Position numbers and translations under genes: made by a program. Shown here piece by piece: positions 18,899 to 27,700 of a stretch of 57,554 nt of DNA. Below the pieces are notes generated by a model that was not told the DNA's origin, searched no databases, and saw only the letters and a list, made by a program, of their open reading frames with translations. This stretch comes from an uncultured virus (IMG/VR IMGVR_UViG_3300042297_000490). Taxonomy: Duplodnaviria > Heunggongvirae > Uroviricota > Caudoviricetes. Where the stretch lies: the IMG/VR virus record IMGVR_UViG_3300042297_000490. One strand, 5' to 3'. Positions within the stretch are counted from its first letter, which is position 1. Each line of letters starts with the position of its first letter.

Positions 18899-20668
18899 AT
18901 GGGAAATTATAAAGTTTTTGATGGAACGGATTGGTTAGATCCATGTTTCCATGATATATATTTTTTAGATCAACAACTTGGATGGCAAATACTTGATCCA
19001 AACGCAAGAAATATTAATTATCATGATGGTACAATGACAGCTGGTTTTCCTACGTGGAAACCAATAACCTGTATATGTACTTGTCCTGAATTTAGTATTC
19101 CTGATCCAACAACAGGTAAGTGTCAAGCACTTCAAACACCTGTTTTTCCAGGTACACCACAAGTTATTAAAAAAGCTAGTCGAAATGCAGCTTATAATAA
19201 ACTAGGTGTACTTTTATTTAAATCTTTAGGTGATTTAACTGCACCTATATTTTCACTACCTTTAACTTATGTTGGTAGTGTTATTAAAGATAGTGCTTCG
19301 ACAACAGTTCCTATATTAAGTACAACTGAAAGTGATTTGTGGGGTAGAGATATAGGTGCTTCTAATATACCACTTGGTCGTTTAAATAATGCTGGTGTTT
19401 GGAATAGAGATGATACTACACTAGTTGATCCAGGTGAAGAATTTTCATTTAATGTATGTTTTAATATAGCAACATCTAAAGAATATATATGTGCTATTTC
19501 TGGTGACAACTATGTAAAATTAGAAGTAGCATTAAATACAATTGGTGGAGTTGGTCCATACACAACAATATTTGATGGAACTACTTCTAATCAAGGAGAT
19601 CGTTGTTTTTTTAACTTATTTGCTTTTCCTATTACATTGCCATCAGGTAATCACGTAATAAGACTTACTGGTAAAAACTTTAACGGACCTGTAAAGTCAC
19701 AAGCAGCTATTCTTGCTGAAATATATGATATACCATTAGCTACTTTTCAATCAACTTTGTTAAAAGCTACAAATGTTGAAGCTGATATTAATCCATACAT
19801 ATATTTTTCATCAAAAAATTTAATTGGTATAGCAACCGCACCTAGTGGAACATTATCAAGTGAATATTCGTGTCCAGTAGGAGTATTAGATGTATGTGCT
19901 GGTGTACCAGTTTGTAGAATAGATGTAGATTGTCTTGAAAATGGCGGTGTTCCAATTGTACCACCAACACCTCAAATTGATGAATCAACCGAAATTAATA
20001 TTTGGTTTGATGATTCAGGTTCAATGGGTAGTACTCTTAGTCCTTTAGAAACAATGCAAAGTACTATTTTGCAAGCTTGTTTAATTCAACTTTATAATAA
20101 TGATGTAGCACTTTATAATGAAAAAGTTAAAGTGTTAAGTATGAATAATACTCAAGTAACTGGAGCTTCTACTTTTGAAGCATTTGCTTTATGTTTAGGA
20201 GCTGATAGAAATATTAGTAGAACACTTGATCCAAGTACCAATCTTGTAATTAACTTAGTTTTTTCAGATGAAAATACTCCATACTGGTATGGAAATGCAG
20301 GTAGTCCAACATGGGATAATACGGTAAGAAGAGGTGAATGGGGTAATGATGCTTCAAAAAGATATGATGCAGATATTGTTCAAGTTAAAACTAATTTAGC
20401 AAATGCGGCAACTCAAAACTATGATATCAGAGGTTGTATGTTTAGAATAAATACAGGACCAAATAGTTTTCAAGGTTTTAGGTCATTGGTTCAAGCAACA
20501 TTTATAGATGAAGGTGCTTATACAAATCCTTATAATTTATCAGCAGAGTTTGCAGCAAACATATATAAATATCGATTAGATACTGTTGCTGGAAGTACAG
20601 CTGTTTATTATAAAAATGAAATTGTTTCTGCTTTAAATGATTTAGGTATAAATTTATCATGTCCATAA
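18899..20668 (+). CDS. Tail-associated protein with C-terminal vWA-like domain (589 aa)
   Basis: INIWFDDSGSM gives a DxSxS MIDAS motif (20009-20023), followed by LVFSDE; beta-rich middle domain. Confidence 0.6.
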   Translation: MGNYKVFDGTDWLDPCFHDIYFLDQQLGWQILDPNARNINYHDGTMTAGFPTWKPITCICTCPEFSIPDPTTGKCQALQTPVFPGTPQVIKKASRNAAYNKLGVLLFKSLGDLTAPIFSLPLTYVGSVIKDSASTTVPILSTTESDLWGRDIGASNIPLGRLNNAGVWNRDDTTLVDPGEEFSFNVCFNIATSKEYICAISGDNYVKLEVALNTIGGVGPYTTIFDGTTSNQGDRCFFNLFAFPITLPSGNHVIRLTGKNFNGPVKSQAAILAEIYDIPLATFQSTLLKATNVEADINPYIYFSSKNLIGIATAPSGTLSSEYSCPVGVLDVCAGVPVCRIDVDCLENGGVPIVPPTPQIDESTEINIWFDDSGSMGSTLSPLETMQSTILQACLIQLYNNDVALYNEKVKVLSMNNTQVTGASTFEAFALCLGADRNISRTLDPSTNLVINLVFSDENTPYWYGNAGSPTWDNTVRRGEWGNDASKRYDADIVQVKTNLANAATQNYDIRGCMFRINTGPNSFQGFRSLVQATFIDEGAYTNPYNLSAEFAANIYKYRLDTVAGSTAVYYKNEIVSALNDLGINLSCP

Positions 20669-20678
20669 ATAAAAAATC

Positions 20679-22463
20679 ATGTGTATAAAATGTAAAGTTA
20701 AAACTTGTAAAGGATCTTGTCAAAACAACGGTTCTTTAAATAATTCAAACGGAAGCAATAGTCTTGGTGGAAATGGAAACAGCGGTTTTGGCGGTGGTTC
20801 AAATGGAAGCAATGGCTCAAATGGAAATAATGGTTTTGGTGGAAACGGTTTTGGTGGAAACGGAACTAATGGTAATAATGGCGGTGTTGGTGGAAACGGT
20901 GCTAATGGCGGAGCTGGTGGAAACGGTGCTAATGGAGCAGGTGGAGCTAATGGTGGTACTGGAGCCGGTGGTGGTGCAGGAGCTGGTGGAGCAACAGGAT
21001 TAAGAGGACCTCGTGGTTTTCAAGGACCTTCAGGCCCTCCAGGTCCAGCTGGTGTTGGAAGTGGAACTCCAGGTCCAGCTGGCCCTCAAGGAAATCCTGG
21101 TCAACAAGGTCAACCAGGAAATCCCGGACAAAATGGTGCACCAGGTCAAATTGGACCTGCTCCTACAATAACTATTGGTGTTGTCACACAAGGAACAACA
21201 CCTGCAGTAGCAATTACTGGAACCAATCCGTATGCATTAAACTTTACTCTTCCTAAAGGAGATCCGGGAAGTCCTGGTTTAGCTGGTGCAGCTGGCTCAT
21301 TGGGTATTCAAGGAAACATGGGTGCTAATTCAGTTCTCTATAAGAAAGGTGACGGTGCGGTTGCCGGTACGGTTGGTGTTAGTGCTGCAACAACTTATGC
21401 TGGCGTTACACAAATAGCACTTAGTCATACTACAATAAATGGATATGGTGGTACTATAGGTGCTATAAATGGTGGGATACAATGGGTGGTAGGAATTGTA
21501 AAAAATAGTATTATACAATTAGTTGATGCTCAAAATTCTGCAAACTTTGGTATTTATAAAGTTGATGGATTTGGAGTTTCAGGTAATACCCATATATATG
21601 TTGTAACTTTAATACATGGAAATGGAAGCATTCCGGCTGCTGGTATAGAAGTTAGTGTATCATATAATGTTCCAGGACAAGATGCTATACCAAATACAGG
21701 TGGTGGTAATTCAACAGCTCAAGCTGCAGGTGCAGGTTTATTTCCTGTAGGTGGTGTTATTCCATGGGCTGGTGGCATAGGTGTTGCTATTCCAATAGGA
21801 TGGTTGCTATGCGATGGTCAAGTAGTTTCTAAAATTACTTATGGTGATTTATGGGATGTAATTGGTACTGAATACGATTTAAATCCAGTGCCCATAAATA
21901 CATTTTCGGTTCCAAATTTAATTGATAAAATTCCTTATGGTGGAACAGCTGCAAATACTGGAACTGAAGTTGGAGATAATGCTATTGTTGGAACTATTAC
22001 CGGAACTATTACTGGTACTGCTGCTGTTACTTTAACAGGTACAGCATCTGTAAATGTTGGTGTTGCCAATCTTCCAAGTCACGTTCACTCTTTAGCATCA
22101 ACTGATGGATCTACTGCAAATATTATTGCTTCTGGTTCTCACAAGCATAATATTTTTAGAAGTGATGGTGTAGGTGAAGGTAGTTATACATCAATGGATA
22201 AAGATTGGGTAGATAATCCTGATTATGAAGATGTTGATAATCCAGGAGAATTTGATTTATTTATTACTCCAACAACTCACATTCACGAAAAAGAATATTT
22301 TGCTGGTAATACTGCACCTTCTGGTGGCACTGGTTCTCCTACTCCTGCTAGCGGTACTATTTCAGGAACTGGTGCTGGACCAGTTACTGGTACTGCAACA
22401 GGTACATCATCAGGAGATAACAGACAAAAAAGTATTACAATGAGATATATTATAAAATATTAA
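20679..22463 (+). CDS. Gly/Asn-rich, collagen and tail-collar-domain fibre protein (594 aa)
   Basis: GGNG repeats, Gly-X-Y tract, FPVGGVIPWAG..PIGWLLCDG...Y.DL..VIG...FSVPNL collar domain (21741-21920), HxH motifs, terminal MRYIIKY. Confidence 0.8.
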   Translation: MCIKCKVKTCKGSCQNNGSLNNSNGSNSLGGNGNSGFGGGSNGSNGSNGNNGFGGNGFGGNGTNGNNGGVGGNGANGGAGGNGANGAGGANGGTGAGGGAGAGGATGLRGPRGFQGPSGPPGPAGVGSGTPGPAGPQGNPGQQGQPGNPGQNGAPGQIGPAPTITIGVVTQGTTPAVAITGTNPYALNFTLPKGDPGSPGLAGAAGSLGIQGNMGANSVLYKKGDGAVAGTVGVSAATTYAGVTQIALSHTTINGYGGTIGAINGGIQWVVGIVKNSIIQLVDAQNSANFGIYKVDGFGVSGNTHIYVVTLIHGNGSIPAAGIEVSVSYNVPGQDAIPNTGGGNSTAQAAGAGLFPVGGVIPWAGGIGVAIPIGWLLCDGQVVSKITYGDLWDVIGTEYDLNPVPINTFSVPNLIDKIPYGGTAANTGTEVGDNAIVGTITGTITGTAAVTLTGTASVNVGVANLPSHVHSLASTDGSTANIIASGSHKHNIFRSDGVGEGSYTSMDKDWVDNPDYEDVDNPGEFDLFITPTTHIHEKEYFAGNTAPSGGTGSPTPASGTISGTGAGPVTGTATGTSSGDNRQKSITMRYIIKY

Positions 22464-22535
22464 ACGCTGTCACAGAGAGGTTGGTTTATGTGGCTGACTA
22501 GAATTGGTCCTGGGATAATCTGGGGCCAATTTTTA
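22459..22535 (+). ncRNA. Candidate small antisense RNA (boundaries approximate)
   Basis: TATATTA at 22446-22452 upstream, terminator hairpin 22502-22535 downstream; GTTGGTTTAT and CTGACTA are complementary to the leaders at 4021-4040 and 7334-7355. Confidence 0.4.
22502..22535 (+). terminator. Rho-independent terminator 1
   Basis: AATTGGTCCTGG-gataat-CTGGGGCCAATT (12 bp including G-U pairs) plus T run. Confidence 0.75.
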
Positions 22536-22549
22536 CTCTTTGTATTTTG

Positions 22550-22578
22550 AACCCTCTAGGAATAGAGGGTTTCTTTTT
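22550..22578 (+). terminator. Rho-independent terminator 2 (GNRA loop)
   Basis: AACCCTCTA-GGAA-TAGAGGGTT followed by TCTTTTT. Confidence 0.8.
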
Positions 22579-22588
22579 GCATTTTAAT

Positions 22589-22618
22589 TTGTATTTTTGA
22601 CTTAAAATTCTTATATTA
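22589..22618 (+). promoter_or_regulatory. Putative promoter TTG-N20-TATATTA
   Basis: TTTG 22588-22591 and TATATTA 22612-22618, 6 nt before the ATG at 22625. Confidence 0.6.
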
Positions 22619-22624
22619 TAAGTT

Positions 22625-23104
22625 ATGCAAATACCAGATTTAAAGAAAGCAAGGGTAACAGAACAGAAAGGAAAAGTAATTGAGTATGCAGAATTGAAGG
22701 AATTTAAAAAATTACATCCGGAATATGCAAACATTACCATGCATGATTTGATAAACATTGCAAGAACATTTAATAAAAATATGGTAGCAGAAACTATGAA
22801 TAATACTTATGGTGTAGTGCTTCCAGAAAACATAGGTATGATCTGTATTAATAATGCAGGTAAACCAAAAAAGAAATTAGTAGATTACAAGCGTTCTAAA
22901 GAAGTTGGGATAACAGTATATCATAAGAATTGGGAAACAGATGGACACTACATGAGAATTGTTTATTCCACTGGTTCAGTTCGAAATGTAATAAAGAATA
23001 ATAACTTATTTTCATTTACTCCGGTGCTTGAATTTAAAAGAACAGCAAGTAAGTATTTCAGAAAACATTGGCAACGGTGTTTAACATTGAGTTACAATTT
23101 TTAA
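22625..23104 (+). CDS. HU/IHF-like DNA-binding protein (159 aa)
   Basis: Basic; helix-helix then GVVLPENIGMICI beta-arm and FSFTP. An IHF-like gene occupies this slot in crAss-like tail modules. Confidence 0.6.
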   Translation: MQIPDLKKARVTEQKGKVIEYAELKEFKKLHPEYANITMHDLINIARTFNKNMVAETMNNTYGVVLPENIGMICINNAGKPKKKLVDYKRSKEVGITVYHKNWETDGHYMRIVYSTGSVRNVIKNNNLFSFTPVLEFKRTASKYFRKHWQRCLTLSYNF

Positions 23105-23113
23105 ATAAGTATT

Positions 23114-23779
23114 ATGACAACAATACAAGAAGCAACGTCCAGAATAAGAAATGTATTTAAAGCGGTAAATGAAGATGCATTTCTTACAGATCGTTTGATA
23201 TACAATATACTTTTAAAGTATTCTAAAGCATTAATTCGAAGACAGGATAATGAACGTAAACTTATGGTTTATGATTCCTTGTTTGAAACACTTCCTTTTG
23301 TTGAACTAATTGAAGTTGATAAAATTGAAGCAAACTGCGCTGGTATTAAAACCGGTTGTACAATTCGAAGAACAAAAGAAAAATTACCTAAAGTATTTAG
23401 TGGAAGCAATGGTCCTATATTTAGAAACGTAAGCCCAATTGATTTTAGCGATACGTTTCAACAAGTTTCATCAACTGTTTATGTTGCTATGGTTCGTTCA
23501 ACTAATTTTAAATATAACAAGACTAACTATTTTTGGTTTAACAATGGTTATTTGTATTTTCCAGATATTGAATGGGAAGCTGTAATGGTTGAAGCAATGT
23601 GGGAAGATTCTTTAGATGGATATTGTGGTAAAGATGATTGTTCAATTATGCAGGAAAAAGCATTTAATCTTCCAGATTATTTATTTGCAGAAATGGAACA
23701 AATGAGTACACAAGAGTTAATGACGTTGGCAAAAATTCCAATAGATCAATCAGATGATAAACAAAATATAATCAGATAA
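23114..23779 (+). CDS. Tail ring / tubular protein (221 aa)
   Basis: Motifs DAFLTDRLIY, RTKEKLP and YFWFNNGYLYFP; synteny. Confidence 0.65.
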   Translation: MTTIQEATSRIRNVFKAVNEDAFLTDRLIYNILLKYSKALIRRQDNERKLMVYDSLFETLPFVELIEVDKIEANCAGIKTGCTIRRTKEKLPKVFSGSNGPIFRNVSPIDFSDTFQQVSSTVYVAMVRSTNFKYNKTNYFWFNNGYLYFPDIEWEAVMVEAMWEDSLDGYCGKDDCSIMQEKAFNLPDYLFAEMEQMSTQELMTLAKIPIDQSDDKQNIIR

Positions 23780-23780
23780 A

Positions 23781-24722
23781 ATGGCAGCACACACAGAGTT
23801 AAAGTATAGAACTTACGACCAGTTATTGGCAGAGATTCAAACTGATTTTAGAAATTTTGATTTAGACGGTTTAATCAATCCTCAAGAATTTATTAAAATT
23901 GCAAAGCGTGTTAATTATGACCTTGGATTAAGGGTTTTTAAAACACATGAAACAGTACTTGAAATTGAAAAAGGAAAAGCAAAACTTCCAAACAATTTTA
24001 ATGTATTAAACTTTGCATTAATCGTTAGTCAGCATAAAGTAACAGAACCTGTAATTCAAGGAACACATACTGAATATATGCCGGTAGGTGGATTATATAC
24101 ACCACCCCCAGGTGAAGTTCATATTTGTGCTGAACCAGTTGTTAATCCTCAAGCAAATTTATGTAATTCATGTGGACAAGTTCCACAAACATGTGGTTGC
24201 AATACTTCTTGTTCTGTAACATTAAGTTGTACAGGCCAATCAATGATGTTGGTTCAAAAACTGAAATATGAAACAAGAACATGGACTGAATTTCATTCAA
24301 TAAAAATTGTTGATAATGGAAATGTAATTGATTTAGATTGTCCAAATCAAAAATGGATGTCCTCAAATACAGCATATATTAAAAATGGATTTATATACAC
24401 TTCCTTTCCTACAGGAAAATTGTATTTAAACTATCAAGGATTACTTGAAGATGATGAAGGAAACTTATTAGTTCCTGATCATGATATGCTAAACGAGTAT
24501 TACGAGTATGCAATCAAACAACGTGTACTTGAAAATGCTGTTATGAATGGTGAAGCTGTTACACAAATGCAATTTCAAATTGTTGAACAAAGATTAAAAG
24601 CCGCTCGTAACAATGCAAATACATTAGTGAATACACCAGACTTTGGGGAATTGAGAAAAATATGGGAAACCAATCGTAAAGCTCAATATCATAATTACTG
24701 GAACATGTTTAAAAGATACTAA
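23781..24722 (+). CDS. Tail ring / adaptor protein (313 aa)
   Basis: KAKLPNNF and NGFIYTSF..GKLYLNYQG..DDEGNLLVPD motifs, with a Cys-rich insert; immediately precedes the muzzle gene. Confidence 0.65.
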   Translation: MAAHTELKYRTYDQLLAEIQTDFRNFDLDGLINPQEFIKIAKRVNYDLGLRVFKTHETVLEIEKGKAKLPNNFNVLNFALIVSQHKVTEPVIQGTHTEYMPVGGLYTPPPGEVHICAEPVVNPQANLCNSCGQVPQTCGCNTSCSVTLSCTGQSMMLVQKLKYETRTWTEFHSIKIVDNGNVIDLDCPNQKWMSSNTAYIKNGFIYTSFPTGKLYLNYQGLLEDDEGNLLVPDHDMLNEYYEYAIKQRVLENAVMNGEAVTQMQFQIVEQRLKAARNNANTLVNTPDFGELRKIWETNRKAQYHNYWNMFKRY

Positions 24723-24724
24723 AG

Positions 24725-27700
24725 ATGGCAAAGAAACAAAAAAAATCAAACCAGTCTAGTCAGGAATCTCAAACTTTTGAAGCTGGATTTGTATCAGATG
24801 TAAATGATTTTCATCTGCCAGAAAATGCATGGACTTATGCACGTAACGCAATTAATAATTCACATAAAGGAGATTTAGGAAAATTAAGTAATGAGTTTTC
24901 TAATATAATATGTGATGAAGCTCCATATACTATTATTAGTGCATTACATATTGTGAATGATGAATGGTTAATATTTTCTACAAACAACTTTCAATCAGAA
25001 ATTGGAAGGTTTGTAGAGGGTACATGTACATATACAAGATTAGTAAATAATGCATGTCTTGCATTTAAACAAACTCATTTAATAAAAGGTGTTGTAAGAC
25101 CTACTTTTGATTGTTCATTTAAAGCATATTGGGCTGATGGTTTAAATGCCGATAGAACTATGGATATTCAAAATATTCCATGGGTGCAGGTATGTACTGA
25201 CAGCAATGGTTCTTTACCTGGTGGTTGTATTACATGTGTTGATAAACTAGATACTTTAGGACGCAAGATTTTGGATTGCAATGAGATTAGATTAGAATCA
25301 TTTATTCAAACGCCAAAATTAAAAATAAAAAAAGGACCGAGTTCTGGAAGTATTAAAAACGGTAGTTACCATTTTCAGATTTACTATTTAGTTAATGGTT
25401 TAAAAAAAACAGATTATACTGTAATGTCTAATGTAGTTTCAGTATTTACACATGAAAATGTAAATAGTGCATTAGAATTAACTTTATCAGATCTTGATAC
25501 AACTTTTGAACAATATGAAGTTGTAGTTACATTTACTATTGCTGATAAAACAATATCAAAAATTCTTGGTCAATATAGCACAAACCAAACTTTTATTACT
25601 ATAGATTTTTTATCACCAGAGTTACCGGATATTCCAGATGAAAAAGAACTTTTTCTAGTTACAGCTGTTCCTGATAAATCTGATGCTATTTATGAAAATG
25701 GTAATTATTTAATGCGTGTTGGTCCTACAGAAAAATTTGATTTTAATTATCAACCGTTAGCAAATCAAATAGAATCATTTTGGCAATTAGTAGAGTATCC
25801 TGATACTTATTATAAGAATGGCGGAACCAATGTAGGATACATGAGAGATGAGAATTATCCTTTCTTTATTCGATGGATTTATAATACAGGTGATAAAACA
25901 AGCTCGTATCATATTCCCGGACGTGCTCCAAGTAATTATATATTACCATCAGATTCTTCATCTGCAGGTAGTTCTATATTAGAAAATGCGGTATGTCCAG
26001 CTACACCAAATATTATTGAATCTGGTTATAGTCCAAAAGTATTTGAAGTTTATAATACTGCATGGGTTACAGCTTTTTTAGGTGTGCCAACAGATGATGG
26101 TGGTACTTTAGTTGCTGAAGGTAGAATGGGTTACCATGAGTCATCTGAATTTTATGATGATAAACATCCATCAAGATGGAATTCTTCATCACATCTATGG
26201 TCTGATGTTGGAAATTCTAATTTTGATTTATGTGGTAAACCAATTAGACATCATAAATTTCCAGAAAATACAATTGGAATTGGATTTAATGATTTAACTA
26301 ATCATTATAAAAGTGGTACAAGAACCATTCGTGTAATGGGTGTTGCATTTAAAAATGTTAGACCACCTGTAGATAACAACGGTGTTACAATTAAAAACAT
26401 TGTTGGTTATGAAATTTTACGTGGAAGTCGTAATGGAAATAAAACTGTATTGTACAAAGGACTTATTAATAATATGTTTGAGTATGATATACCAAAAGTT
26501 TTAAATGGTTCTTCACGTACTGGATTATATGCTAACTATCCATTTAATGATTTGACTGCAGATCCTTTTATTTCTATAGGAAAAGATGGTTCAGGTAATC
26601 CTGTTAACACATCGTATGAGAATATTGTTTTTGGTGCAGAAGGAAATATTGTAAACTATGTTCCGAATGATCGATATGTAAAAGATAAATTTACATTTCA
26701 TTCACCGGATACAATGTTTTCAAAACCATTTTTGGTTGATGATGAATTAAAAATTTATGGTGAACAATGGGGTGTTTCTAATGGTTCTTTTGTAGAACCT
26801 CGTAATCATCCAAAACATAAATTTGTAACAGACCTTTCTTTTGGTATTGGAATAATTTATGGTATTGGATTTGCTATTAGTAAAATTAATGGTACAAAAG
26901 ATCTTGTTTGGACAGGTAACAAATATTTTGATCAAGAAACTATTACATTAGGTGTTGGTTCTACCAATGCTTTTGGTAAAATTGCTGCGATACTTGCTAA
27001 AGTTGCACCTTTAGCTGCAGAAGGTTTATTGCAATCAACTGAAAATATGACTTCGTTTATTGATGGTATAACTGGTCAATCTTGGGGGCTTGCATCTACC
27101 AACTATATGAAAAATAAATTACAAAATACACTAGGTAGAGTTGCTGGTGCTATACCTGGTTCTAACGTAAATTCAGGAACATCTGAAATACATTATAAAG
27201 ATCAAAATCGTTCTCCTGGTTTACTTCGTGCTGTTTCAGCAATTCAAATGTTTACACATTATGTAGGAGAAGGTTCGGATGCATTATTAACAATGATAAA
27301 AGCTTTAAATAAATATAGACAACATGCATTACAGTTTCAAGCAGTGTGTGGTTATGAAAACTTTGCTAGTCCTAAAGCAACTAACAGAAGAAAGGATATT
27401 GGTACTATTAGATACCTTAATGATGGTGTCCATGATTTTTTAACAACCCACGTCATAAATCATTTAAACCGTCAAGAGATGGTTGTTTTAAATACTAATC
27501 AATTAATAGATAATCCAACTATTTCTGATACATCGCGTGGAAAAAAAGCATCAGATCTTCCTGCAAAAGGTGTATTTAATACTTATGCACGTAGAGCATC
27601 ATCACACTATACTGCTATTAAAACAAGATTAAGAAATCAGTATAGTCAACTGTTTGGAATTAAACAATTACCAACTCAAAGTAATTACACAAATGCGTAT

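Noticed and set aside
16200..21160. Repetitive DNA as a CRISPR array or DGR template/variable repeat
   Set aside because: The repeats are codon-level Gly-X-Y or GGNG coding repeats; there is no repeat-spacer periodicity, adenine-specific mismatch pair or reverse transcriptase in the window.
22450..22500. Minus-strand gene using TAGTCAG...TAAACCAAC as its own leader
   Set aside because: The downstream GTG opens only about 7 codons before TAA.
22464..22624. tRNA gene in the largest tail-region intergenic gap
   Set aside because: No cloverleaf or T-loop GTTCRA; the hairpins are terminator-like.
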